A stretch of 63,232 nucleotides of DNA, counting the filler, from Actinomycetota bacterium (GTDB lineage: Bacteria > Actinomycetota > Actinomycetes > JAKEEW01), in NCBI GenBank assembly GCA_046725875.1. It is 5 parts of 5 records of this genome, joined end to end, with 100 filler letters (N's around TTAATTAATTAA, not from the genome) between each part and the next. Parts side by side here need not be neighbours in the genome. Positions count along the whole stretch, not along the records: positions 18,690 to 33,263 come from JBKOZJ010000185.1; positions 33,364 to 46,804 come from JBKOZJ010000187.1; 3 more parts are not named here. The stretch is one strand, 5' to 3'. Positions within the stretch are counted from its first letter, which is position 1. Every line of letters starts with the position of its first letter. Shown piece after piece: positions 31,094 to 40,090 of the stretch. Both the position numbers and the translations under genes were made by a program. The notes under the pieces were generated by a model. The model made no database searches. It saw only the letters and a list, made by a program, of their open reading frames with translations, and had not been told where the DNA came from.

Positions 31094-32422
31094 TTACGTT
31101 ACTTGCTGCACCGGCTCCGAGGTGGACGGCTCGGGCTGACTACCCAACGGGCTCGGCTCTCCGGCTGGGGATACCGCGACGCCCGAGCCGGCCGGTATGC
31201 CCACTTGAGTTTGGCCGTCGACTGCGGCCTGTGCCGTGGCGGCCGCCGCCGCGCGGGCCGCGGCAGCCTGGGCACGGGCGGCGGCGTCGGCGGCCTTACG
31301 TTCGGCAACCTCCGCCGACGTACGGCGCCACCAGGTGATCAGGCGCGGCCAGCGCAGCAGGAGTACTCCCACAACAGCGAGCCCAGCGGTCAGCCCGAGC
31401 AGCCAGCTACGGAACTGTCCGAGGGACACCGCCACCTCGCCGAAGGCGACGAGCGCCGCCCAGAAGTACATGGTGAGCACGGCCCGCCGGTGAGAGTGGC
31501 CGATCTCGAGCAACCGATGGTGCAGATGCTTCTTGTCCGGCGAGAACGGCGAGCGCCCCGCCCTGGTCCGGCGCACCACCGCGAGCAGCAGGTCGAGGAA
31601 CGGGACCGCGATCACGAGGAAGGGCAGGACGAGGGGGAGCAGGGCCGGCGACAGGTTGAGCGAGTCGAGGGCACCGGCGTCGACCTGGCCGGTGAGGCTG
31701 ATCGTGGAGGCGGCGAGCAGCAGCCCGATCAGCATCGACCCCGAATCGCCCATAAAGATCCGGGCCGGGTTGAAGTTGTGCGGCAGGAAGCCGATGCAGA
31801 CCCCGGCGAGGACTGCGGTGAACAGCGGGGCCGCCCCGAACCGGGGCATGTTGTTCTCGACGGCGAGCAGGTAGGCGTACGAGAAGAAGGCAAGGCCTGC
31901 GATGGCCGCAACTCCAGCTAGCAACCCATCAAGGCCGTCGACGAAGTTCACCGCGTTCATCGTGAGCACCACGATGAAAACGCTCAGCACGATGCCCTCG
32001 GTGCTTCCCAGGGCGATCGTGTTTGCGCCGGGGAACGGCAGCCAAATCATCTGGATTCCCTGCATCACCATTACGCCGGCGGCGATGCACTGGCCGGCGA
32101 ACTTAGTCAGCCAGTCCAGGTCCCACTTGTCGTCAGCAATGCCGAGCAGCACGGTGAGTGCAGCGCCGGAGAGCAGGGCCACCGGCTCCTGGTAGCGCTC
32201 GTACACCGTCCGCATAAGTGGCAGCTGGCTGGCCACGAGAAGCGCGGCGCACATGCCGCCGAACATGGCGACGCCACCCAACCGCGGGATGGGGATGGCA
32301 TGCACGTCCCGGTCCCGGATGTCGGCCATTGCCCCGGCGCTGATCGACACCCGCCTGACCACGCCCGTCAGCAAGTAGGTCACCGCCGCGGCGATGACCA
32401 TGACCAACAGGTATTCGCGCAC
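31094..32422 (-). CDS. wecA: Polyprenyl-phosphate GlcNAc-1-phosphate transferase (MraY/WecA family)
   Basis: RDVH..P.PRLGG, G..DD, NAVNFVDGLDG, IFMGDSG, DK.HLHH. Confidence 0.92.
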   Translation of the reverse strand: MREYLLVMVIAAAVTYLLTGVVRRVSISAGAMADIRDRDVHAIPIPRLGGVAMFGGMCAALLVASQLPLMRTVYERYQEPVALLSGAALTVLLGIADDKWDLDWLTKFAGQCIAAGVMVMQGIQMIWLPFPGANTIALGSTEGIVLSVFIVVLTMNAVNFVDGLDGLLAGVAAIAGLAFFSYAYLLAVENNMPRFGAAPLFTAVLAGVCIGFLPHNFNPARIFMGDSGSMLIGLLLAASTISLTGQVDAGALDSLNLSPALLPLVLPFLVIAVPFLDLLLAVVRRTRAGRSPFSPDKKHLHHRLLEIGHSHRRAVLTMYFWAALVAFGEVAVSLGQFRSWLLGLTAGLAVVGVLLLRWPRLITWWRRTSAEVAERKAADAAARAQAAAARAAAAATAQAAVDGQTQVGIPAGSGVAVSPAGEPSPLGSQPEPSTSEPVQQVT

Positions 32423-32642
32423 CTACCGCCTCACCCGGCTAACAGCCTCTTGGAGAACACACGCCTGCGGCCCAACATGGAGTTCCACCCTAGCCCCGCC
32501 GCATGGTGCTCTTCGATGATGCTGCGCCGATCGATCCGCGTCGACGACTGTTGGAGTTGTCCGGCTCTCCGGTTGGTCCAGCGAGCTGAACGGCGGGCCA
32601 GCGCGTGCCGGCGCCACGAAAGCTCCGATGCGTCGGCGGGCG

Positions 32643-33263
32643 CTACGGCGGCGAGGGCACCACGACGTTAGGGGCAACCTCGCGCAGGGACTCGACCGAG
32701 ACGGCACCGACCCGCACCACGCGCGGCTCCGCGGCGGTTAGATCAACGATCGTGGAGGCCACCGTCTCGCCCGTTGGACCCGCGTCGAGATAGACCGAGA
32801 CGGCCTCGCCGAGCTGGTCGATGGCTTCGTCGCAAGTCGTGGCCGGCGGCGCGCCGGACTTGTTGGCGCTGCTCACCGCCATCGGCCCGGTCTCGGTCAG
32901 CAGCTCAATCGCAACCGGGTGGAGCGGCATCCGGACCGCGACCGTGCCTCTCGTGTCCCCTAGGTCCCACTGCAGCGAGGGCTGGTGCCGTACAACAATG
33001 GTCAACCCACCCGGCCAGAAGGCTTCGACCAATGCACGGGCGGCGTCGTCCAGACCGGCCGCGATGCCGGGCAACGTCCGCGGTGAGCCGATCAGCACCG
33101 GCACGGGCATATCCGGACCGCGGCTCTTCGCCGCGAGCAACAGATGGACGGCATTGCCATTGAACGCGTCCGCTCCCAGGCCATACACCGTGTCGGTCGG
33201 AAGGACCACGAGCTCGCCGCGGCGGACCGCGCCCGCGGCCAGGTCGAGGCCGCGTTTGCGCTC
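32643..33263 (-). CDS. tsaC: L-threonylcarbamoyladenylate synthase (Sua5/YrdC), 5' truncated
   Basis: PTDTVYG, K.R, FWPG.LT, AVRMP, SSAN.SG. Confidence 0.95.
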   Translation of the reverse strand, partial: ERKRGLDLAAGAVRRGELVVLPTDTVYGLGADAFNGNAVHLLLAAKSRGPDMPVPVLIGSPRTLPGIAAGLDDAARALVEAFWPGGLTIVVRHQPSLQWDLGDTRGTVAVRMPLHPVAIELLTETGPMAVSSANKSGAPPATTCDEAIDQLGEAVSVYLDAGPTGETVASTIVDLTAAEPRVVRVGAVSVESLREVAPNVVVPSPP

Positions 33264-33363
33264 NNNNNNNNNNNNNNNNNNNNNNNNNNNNNNNNNNNNN
33301 NNNNNNNTTAATTAATTAANNNNNNNNNNNNNNNNNNNNNNNNNNNNNNNNNNNNNNNNNNNN
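33264..33363. other. Artificial contig spacer
   Basis: 44 N + TTAATTAATTAA + 44 N. Confidence 0.99.
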
Positions 33364-33465
33364 AGCGACGTCGACGAGCAGCCCTGGGGCCGGTTCGTAC
33401 GGTTCGACGACCCGGATGGGAATCGTTGGGCTCTGCAGCAGATCGTCGTGCCGTCCGGCCCGTAG
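33364..33465 (+). CDS. VOC/glyoxalase protein, C-terminal fragment
   Basis: SDVDEQPWGRFVRFDDPDGNRWALQQ. Confidence 0.85.
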   Translation, partial: SDVDEQPWGRFVRFDDPDGNRWALQQIVVPSGP

Positions 33466-33485
33466 CCGTCTCGTGTGGTAATACT

Positions 33486-33550
33486 GCGGTCTTCATCAGC
33501 CACCGCCATCCGGACGATTGCGCCGACCTGAACCCGCTCCCGCGCGCGAC
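33486..33550 (+). pseudogene. Small remnant of an MBL-fold hydrolase
   Basis: AVFISHRHPDDCADLNPL resembles a degraded SHxHxDH motif. Confidence 0.4.
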
Positions 33551-33749
33551 AACCCGCGCAAGTCACTCCGACCGACGGCGTCCTCGCCGGGTCCGGTGCT
33601 CGTCCGCCCGCGCGTGCGGCCACAGTCGCATGCACCCGACGTCCGATCCATAGCGATTTCACAGGGACAGCACGGCCTGTGCCCAGGTCGCGCGCAAAGC
33701 CTGGCCGGGAGCGGCTCGAGAAAGAGCCCCCGACAGGTTGGAGAGCAGC

Positions 33750-34214
33750 ATGAGTGATTCCATTGGCGCAGGTACTGACGCCGTTGGAGGAGGGCGGAGA
33801 CAGTGGCGCCGCTCTGCCGCATTCGCCGCGGTTGGCCTGCTGGCCGGAGGCGCGCTGGCCGGCACCGTGACCGCAAACGCCGACAGCTCGGAATCGACCA
33901 GCTCGGCGAGCGAGGACAATCGTCAGCATCCTGGCGGGGTTGACGAGTCGAAGCCGCAACGGCAGGACGAGACGCTTCTCACCGGGGACACTGCGGAACG
34001 CGTTCGCGCCGCAGCGCTGGCCGAGTACCCCGGCGCCACGATCCAGCGGATTGAGACCGACTCCGACGGGGTGTACGAGGCGCACCTGGTAACTGCCAAC
34101 GGTGAGCGGGTCACGGTAGAGGTAGGCGAGGACTTCGCAGTTACCGGTACGGAGTCAACGCCCCGCGACGACCACCACCCTAGGCCCACCGACACCGAAA
34201 CGAAGAGCTCCTAA
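33750..34214 (+). CDS. Secreted PepSY-like protein
   Basis: Signal peptide ending ANA; ETLLTG..A.RV.AAALA.YPGATI.R.ETDSDG.YEAH. Confidence 0.75.
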   Translation: MSDSIGAGTDAVGGGRRQWRRSAAFAAVGLLAGGALAGTVTANADSSESTSSASEDNRQHPGGVDESKPQRQDETLLTGDTAERVRAAALAEYPGATIQRIETDSDGVYEAHLVTANGERVTVEVGEDFAVTGTESTPRDDHHPRPTDTETKSS

Positions 34215-34421
34215 TACTGGAGGTGCCGAGCGGATGGTGGGCCGTGTAAACAGGCTCGCCACCTGCCCGGTCCGGGGGAAGCACGGTGCTCCTCGCTGAC
34301 GGCTCTGCGTGGGCGTCTTCCGAGCCGCACTCGGAGACGCCCACTCGACGGCGACGCTGTTGACGTCGAGCTGGAGTGGTCCTCGTAGCTGGGGGGGCGA
34401 GGCTGAGACTCGGGCGCATTC

Positions 34422-34444
34422 TTGTCGGTGGGACCGCCTAGAAT
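34422..34444 (+). promoter_or_regulatory. RecA-NDp (PafBC-dependent) promoter
   Basis: TTGTCGGTG-N8-TAGAAT, an exact fit to tTGTCRgtg-N8-TAnnnT. Confidence 0.8.
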
Positions 34445-34459
34445 CGAACGTGAGTTCGA
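34444..34459. promoter_or_regulatory. LexA SOS box
   Basis: TCGAAC-GTGA-GTTCGA, the perfect actinobacterial consensus. Confidence 0.85.
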
Positions 34460-34555
34460 AAGGGGTGGCAATCATTCCGAAACGCTGACTGCGAGAGGGC
34501 GGTCGCCGGCTCGCTTGACCCTGCTGTCGAGGGCGTCGGCCGCGCGGCCGTCCTC

Positions 34556-34996
34556 TTGCTGGGGGCCGGCGTGCTCGCCCTCATCGCTGGCCCCTGGAGC
34601 GGGCGTGCGTGGGATCGGAACCGCCTGCGCGGTCGACTCATGCCGGGGCTGATATTGATCGCGCTTGGGATCGGCGGCGTCGTCTGCATCTCCCATGCTT
34701 TGTACGGCTTCGCCACCAAGGGCCTCTACCTAGCCGGGTACGACACCATCGACTTCCCGGATATTGGCGACGGCTGGTCAGAGGCGGAGAAGCACAGGGC
34801 GGTCGTGCTCGACCTGGCGGTGTTCGAGCCGTGGTTCCTTATCGAGGGTGTGCTGCTCGCGCTAGTCGGCTGGCAGTTCATCGGGACAGCCCAGCGCCGC
34901 CGCCTCTGGACGACCGGAATCGCAGCCGGGACGCTGGCGATCACGCTATTCGGCGCCATCCTCGCGCTGACCGGCGCGAGGTTGGCAATCGGCTGA
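34556..34996 (+). CDS. Membrane protein (DUF3995-like), probably 5' truncated
   Basis: Several TM helices and DL..FEPWFL.EG; no convincing start. Confidence 0.55.
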   Translation: MLGAGVLALIAGPWSGRAWDRNRLRGRLMPGLILIALGIGGVVCISHALYGFATKGLYLAGYDTIDFPDIGDGWSEAEKHRAVVLDLAVFEPWFLIEGVLLALVGWQFIGTAQRRRLWTTGIAAGTLAITLFGAILALTGARLAIG

Positions 34997-35038
34997 GGTG
35001 TCGATCTTCGGCTTCATGCGGCAGGCGACGTGTCTTAA

Positions 35039-37894
35039 TCAATGCCAGGTGGTGCGGATCGCGGCGGTGGTGTCGAATGGGTCGTTGCCGCGCTGGGCGG
35101 CCAGGATGCCGGCACCCTCGGGCGAGTTGACGTACATGAGTCGGCCGGGTGCAACCCACCGGCGCCAGGTCTTCAGAAAGGCTTCGGCGCGCTCGCGGCG
35201 CGAGGCGAGCACATCGGGCACGGCGTGCCATACCTCCGCGCCTGGTGTACCGACGCCGACAGCTCGCCGAAGCGCGAGGTGCAATGCCGCGCCCATCCGC
35301 AACGGTGGGTTGATTATTGGTCGTGAGACGACATACCGCGGACTGGCGAGCGGCGACAGCACCTGGTCGAGCGCGTCCGCGAAGGTCGCCGAATCCTGCT
35401 CGGCGGCGTCGCGCAAGGTCGCAACGTAGCTACCATCTGAGCGCGGGGTTACCTCGACGACCGCGCCCGTGACCCCAATTACGCCGGCTGCGTGCAGACC
35501 ATCGGCAATGGCAGCGGCGATGTTCCACAGCGAGCTCGAGCGGTCGAGAGTACGGAGCCGGGCAAGAGCGAGCAGACCGCTTCCGATTCCGTATACGAAG
35601 ATCGTCGGCACGACGCCGGCTGCTCCGACCACCCAAGCCGGCAATGCCGCGGCGGCCCCGATGACGAAGCCGAGTAGGCCAACGACGAGTGCTGCAACGG
35701 CCGGAAGCTTCTGTGAGTTCAGGCCGCTGCGCCAGGGCGGCACGACCGCCTCGAGGTCCGATCCGGTGAGTCCGACGTGCCGAGCAGTGAGAATGCGTAG
35801 GACCCGCGATGCCTTGTCCTCATATGGCTGACCGATGCGCCATAGCTGCCGCGCCAGCTCGCGCTCTTGCGCTCGCGACCGCATACGCATGTTGAGACTG
35901 GGGAACTCCGACGGCGGTGGCGGGCCGTACGGTGAGAGCGTAGCGTCGACGTGCGCGACTCCTGAGGTGATCTGCCCGTCCCCGTCGGGCGCGAAGAACC
36001 CGTCGTGCTTGGCGACGAACCGCGCGTAGTCCGCGGCGCCCTTCGGGTGTCCATCCGCGACTGTCACCACCGTCCACGTGTTGGCGACCTTCTCGGGCCA
36101 GGTCGGGTCGACGCGGACGCCACGACCGCGCAGCTGCACGACGGCGGTCGACGTCGTCGCGGTAGTGAGGTCAATTACGACATTGACCCGTTTGGCGTCC
36201 CATCCCTCGCCGAGCAGACCACGGGTGCCGACCAGGATGCGCGAGTGACCTTCTTCAAAGAACCGTGTGATCGGCCCGACCCGCTGCCGTGCACTCCATC
36301 GCCCAGAGAGCTCGACGGGCGCGGTGAGGCCGGTGGTTGTCGGCAGCGGCGGACGGTCGAGGTTGAGGTCCGGGTGGTGTACGCGCAGCCAACCGTCGAG
36401 CCGGTTCGCTGTCGAGTGCGTGCACGCGAGCGTACGGGCGGTCATCAGGATCGGATCCAGCGCGGCGGTGGCAGGATCGCGGATCAGCTGCTCGAGCACG
36501 AGCCGTGCGGAGCCGGCCTGCTCGTCCATTACGTGACGGAGGCTCGCGGACACCTGACCGGTCGCCCGCTCGAAGTCGCAGACCACGATCGCACGCAGCC
36601 GGTCACCGAGCGCTGCATGCTCGACGCCGAGGATGTCGAGAACCGCGGTCGCCTTGCCGGCGGATCTGGCGAGAACGCGGTCGACCGGGCTGCGGCCGAC
36701 CCGTACTCCTCTCTTCGTTACCTGATAGCCAACGGAGGGAAGGGCACGACGGAGCGCGTCCAGGGCCTTGTCGTCTCGCTGGTAGGTCGATGCGGCGAGG
36801 CAGCCGCGGACCCAGTCGCCGATTAGTACCGCCCAGTCCTTGGCGTCGAGACCGCGCCGATGCTCCTCCCGTACGCGTGCTCCAGGCGGAATCTCGAGCA
36901 GACCCGCGACGTGCAGGCGAACGGCCGCGCCCGCGAGCTCGGGCTCTTGGCGCTCGAGCGTGTCCCACCCGACCGGTGCCTGGCTTTCGGGTACGGGACG
37001 CGCGATGAAGCGTCGGTCGCACCATGCGAGGAACGGTGTAGTCCCGAAATCGCCGGCGGTCAGATCGGTGACAAGCTCAGCGAAACGCTCTGCCGCGGCC
37101 TTGATGTAGTAGCGCTCGGCCTCGGTGGGCTCGGTGAGCATGACGAGCTCTTGGTACGGGGCAATGTGTCCGGTCTTGACCACAGCGGGCGTGGATACCG
37201 AGTACGTGAGGTCACCGAACAGCTCGCGAACGATCGCATGTTCTTGTGTTGTGAGTCGGGTCGCCGGTGTGGCGGTCAGGCCGATCACGACGACTCTTGT
37301 CAGCTCGTCGTTCGCGATGTAGCCGATCAGGTCGACGAGCAGATGTCCCCACACATCAAGCAGGTGGTGGCACTCGTCGAGCACGAGCGTCCACGGGCCG
37401 CGGGTGCGCAGCCGCTCGACCAGGGCCTGGCCGTTTTCATGCAGCCGCTCGAGAAGCGCGGTCTTGGTGATGCCTCTCGGATGTGGCGACTTCTTCTCGC
37501 GGCCCTCCGGGTCGACCTCGGCATCCGGATCGAAAGTGGCCACCGATTGGTAGGTCAGCACAGTCAGCGGCGTCGGCAGCTCACGGCTCGCGGTGGGCGT
37601 CATGCCCGTTGGCCGCTGTGGGCGCTGTGTGTCATGTGCAGCAGGTGGGCTGATCGGTGACTGGAAGTCGCGCCATGCTCTCATCCATTGGGCCTGGATG
37701 GCGGTGTTCGGACAGAGGACGAGGGTGTCCCGGCCAAGCCTTCGCGCGATCTCCAGGCCGACGTGCGTCTTGCCGGCGCCGGGCGGCATGACGACGTAGT
37801 GATTGTGGTCATCACCGGCGTGGCTCGCCTCGAACGCGGCCAGCGCCTCCGCCTGATGCCGCCGCCACTCCCCTACGAACCGCCCGTCCCACAC
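35039..37894 (-). CDS. SF2 DEAD/DEAH (ResIII-like) helicase with an internal transmembrane hairpin
   Basis: Q motif, PPGAGKT, LTYQ, DECHH, LTATP, LLGEGWD, QLRGRGVR; long hydrophobic segment in the C-terminal third. Confidence 0.88.
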   Translation of the reverse strand: MWDGRFVGEWRRHQAEALAAFEASHAGDDHNHYVVMPPGAGKTHVGLEIARRLGRDTLVLCPNTAIQAQWMRAWRDFQSPISPPAAHDTQRPQRPTGMTPTASRELPTPLTVLTYQSVATFDPDAEVDPEGREKKSPHPRGITKTALLERLHENGQALVERLRTRGPWTLVLDECHHLLDVWGHLLVDLIGYIANDELTRVVVIGLTATPATRLTTQEHAIVRELFGDLTYSVSTPAVVKTGHIAPYQELVMLTEPTEAERYYIKAAAERFAELVTDLTAGDFGTTPFLAWCDRRFIARPVPESQAPVGWDTLERQEPELAGAAVRLHVAGLLEIPPGARVREEHRRGLDAKDWAVLIGDWVRGCLAASTYQRDDKALDALRRALPSVGYQVTKRGVRVGRSPVDRVLARSAGKATAVLDILGVEHAALGDRLRAIVVCDFERATGQVSASLRHVMDEQAGSARLVLEQLIRDPATAALDPILMTARTLACTHSTANRLDGWLRVHHPDLNLDRPPLPTTTGLTAPVELSGRWSARQRVGPITRFFEEGHSRILVGTRGLLGEGWDAKRVNVVIDLTTATTSTAVVQLRGRGVRVDPTWPEKVANTWTVVTVADGHPKGAADYARFVAKHDGFFAPDGDGQITSGVAHVDATLSPYGPPPPSEFPSLNMRMRSRAQERELARQLWRIGQPYEDKASRVLRILTARHVGLTGSDLEAVVPPWRSGLNSQKLPAVAALVVGLLGFVIGAAAALPAWVVGAAGVVPTIFVYGIGSGLLALARLRTLDRSSSLWNIAAAIADGLHAAGVIGVTGAVVEVTPRSDGSYVATLRDAAEQDSATFADALDQVLSPLASPRYVVSRPIINPPLRMGAALHLALRRAVGVGTPGAEVWHAVPDVLASRRERAEAFLKTWRRWVAPGRLMYVNSPEGAGILAAQRGNDPFDTTAAIRTTWH

Positions 37895-38275
37895 GGGCTT
37901 GGATCATGCCAGATCAACCCTCTGGTCTCGTCGGACACAGGTCGTGATCCCGGACGGGTCTCCATAACCATGGACCGCAGCGATCTTGCCGAAAGCCGGG
38001 TGATGGTCCGGCGAATCAACCCGTCCGGATCGGGTCGAGACCAAGGGTCGTCCAATCCTCCAGCGGCGATCAATCCGAGGAGGCTCGCGACCTGAGCCGG
38101 CACAATACCGCGATCGTCGTACGGATCCCCCGTCCAGTCGTCCGCCATCTCGTCGTCGGGCGCAGAGGAAGTCCGCCTCCTCGTGATCCCCCGCCTGCCC
38201 ATGCGTCCGGTCACGCGAGTGGCCGGTTGCCGACGCGGGTGGTCTCCTCGTCTACACCGAGGTCGACGCGGGTGA

Positions 38276-38503
38276 TCAGTGGCCGCAGGCGCAGGCGCCT
38301 CCACCGCAGGCACAGCCGCCGCCGGAGGTCGCGAGCGGAGCCGAGGATGATCCGGCGCGGCCGGTCAGCGCCACCGTCGAGAGCAGCTTCACCGTGTCGT
38401 CGTGTCCCTGCGGGCAGAGCGCCGGCGCGGTGGCCTCGATCATCGGGCGGGACACCTCGAAGGTGGCGCCGCAGGCGCGGCACCGGTAGTCGTACCTCGG
38501 CAT
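38276..38503 (-). CDS. FmdB-family zinc ribbon protein
   Basis: MPRYDYRCRACG.TFE...CPQGH, Cys/Gly-rich tail. Confidence 0.9.
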   Translation of the reverse strand: MPRYDYRCRACGATFEVSRPMIEATAPALCPQGHDDTVKLLSTVALTGRAGSSSAPLATSGGGCACGGGACACGH

Positions 38504-38740
38504 ACAGCACAGGATAAGCGAAGCCGCACACCGATCAGCGGGTCGATCTCGTCGCTGAGCCGGAGCAGCAGAACGAGCTCGCGGGCATGAGCCATCCGCA
38601 GCCGCCCGGTCTGGGTCAACCGCCGCCCATCGTCCACTCACGCGACCAAGTCACGCAGCTGCCGGATCAGCTCGGCCTCGGACGCTCTGCCGGAGAGTTC
38701 CCCATCCATGAGCTCCGGATGCTATCCGCGATGGTCGGGG

Positions 38741-39664
38741 CTACTTGCTGGCGGGGAGTGGGGGATTGAAGCGCAGCGGGATCGACGAGCTGGTCTCGAC
38801 ATCCTCCGGCCAGCTCGCCGTGGCTGTGTAGCGCTCGTCGTCGAGCTCGAGCTCGACGCGAAGGCCGTACGGCGGCCGGCCGATCTCCTCGACCACCCGC
38901 CCCCGGGGAGCCGGCGCGCCGAGCGCCACGGTGCCTGGCGTCACGCAGGCGCCGTTGGCGTCGTTCGTCACCGGGGTGAGGGTGTACGAGGACACCCGGC
39001 CGTCGGCCGGCGTCACGGTGAGGCGGGCGTCCGCTCGCGATGGCGTCGTCGCCAGGTAGGACACGGTCAGGTCGAAGCGGTAGGCGTCGGGTACGCCGTC
39101 GCGCTCGAAGAACGTGGTCAGCGATGCGACCGGCGCGGGCAGCGGTCCCCCGGTCGTGGTCTCCACCGCGAACGATGCGGCGGCGTTGCCTTCCGGGCCC
39201 CTGCCGAACAGGTGAACGGCATACCGCCCCGGCGCTCCGGCGAGCGAGATCCGCCACGTCCGGCCGCTCGCTTGCGTGACCGTCGCCGGGAGCGCCTGGG
39301 CACATCGCACGTCGCGGCCCTGGGTGCTCGCCTCGAAGGTCCAACCGTCGCTCGCGAAGGTCACCGTGATATCTCCGCCGACCTTCCCCAGGTCCGGCAA
39401 CTGGTCGGGCGGTGTGCCGTCGGCGCAATTTCCGCCGTCACCGCCTGGGGTTTCTTCTACAGACCAGCAATAGCTGTACGGGGAAAGGGAGAGCCGCTGG
39501 TTCCCGTACTCGACGACCACCGGTGGTGGCCGGCCGCTCTCCGCCGACGGAGGCGATGAGCTCGGTTGGTTACCGGCCGAATCGCCAGAATCATTGCCGC
39601 AACCCACGACCAAAAAGGCGCCGACAGCCAGCAGCGCGAGCGTCCTGCCCGCTCTCGCACGCAC
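38741..39664 (-). CDS. Hypothetical lipoprotein
   Basis: VVGC lipobox; L.PYSYCW....C.DG motif. Confidence 0.7.
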   Translation of the reverse strand: MRARAGRTLALLAVGAFLVVGCGNDSGDSAGNQPSSSPPSAESGRPPPVVVEYGNQRLSLSPYSYCWSVEETPGGDGGNCADGTPPDQLPDLGKVGGDITVTFASDGWTFEASTQGRDVRCAQALPATVTQASGRTWRISLAGAPGRYAVHLFGRGPEGNAAASFAVETTTGGPLPAPVASLTTFFERDGVPDAYRFDLTVSYLATTPSRADARLTVTPADGRVSSYTLTPVTNDANGACVTPGTVALGAPAPRGRVVEEIGRPPYGLRVELELDDERYTATASWPEDVETSSSIPLRFNPPLPASK

Positions 39665-40090
39665 TCGACACTCCCGGCTGTTGTCAACGCGATGCCCCTC
39701 AGACGCTCTGCGCTGTCAGAGGGTTCCACCGAAGGCAATCCGCGATGCGCGGTCAATGCAACCGCTACGCCTGAAACTGCGACAAATTCGACGCATTGTC
39801 GACACCCGATCGGGCGAAGAGTAGATGCGTAGTTTCTTTCCGATCTTCGAGGATCGGCAGGCACCGACCGCTGGCGTCGTGCTGATCGCGGGGATGACGA
39901 CGGCGCCCGTACACAAGCATGCGGATCGGCCTGGGAGGCCGAAGGAGTACGTGAGCTGCTTCTAGATCGTCGCGATCGTCCGAAGTCGCCGTGATGATCT
40001 ATCGGCAGTCACCACGAACGATCCACTCCTGGATGGTGATCGATCACGGAGGTGCTCGGACCTTCGATTGAAGGGGGCGCCTGATGCGGT

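Noticed and set aside
37873..38313. 146-aa minus-strand ORF between the helicase and FmdB genes
   Set aside because: No recognisable motif or start signal; at most a remnant
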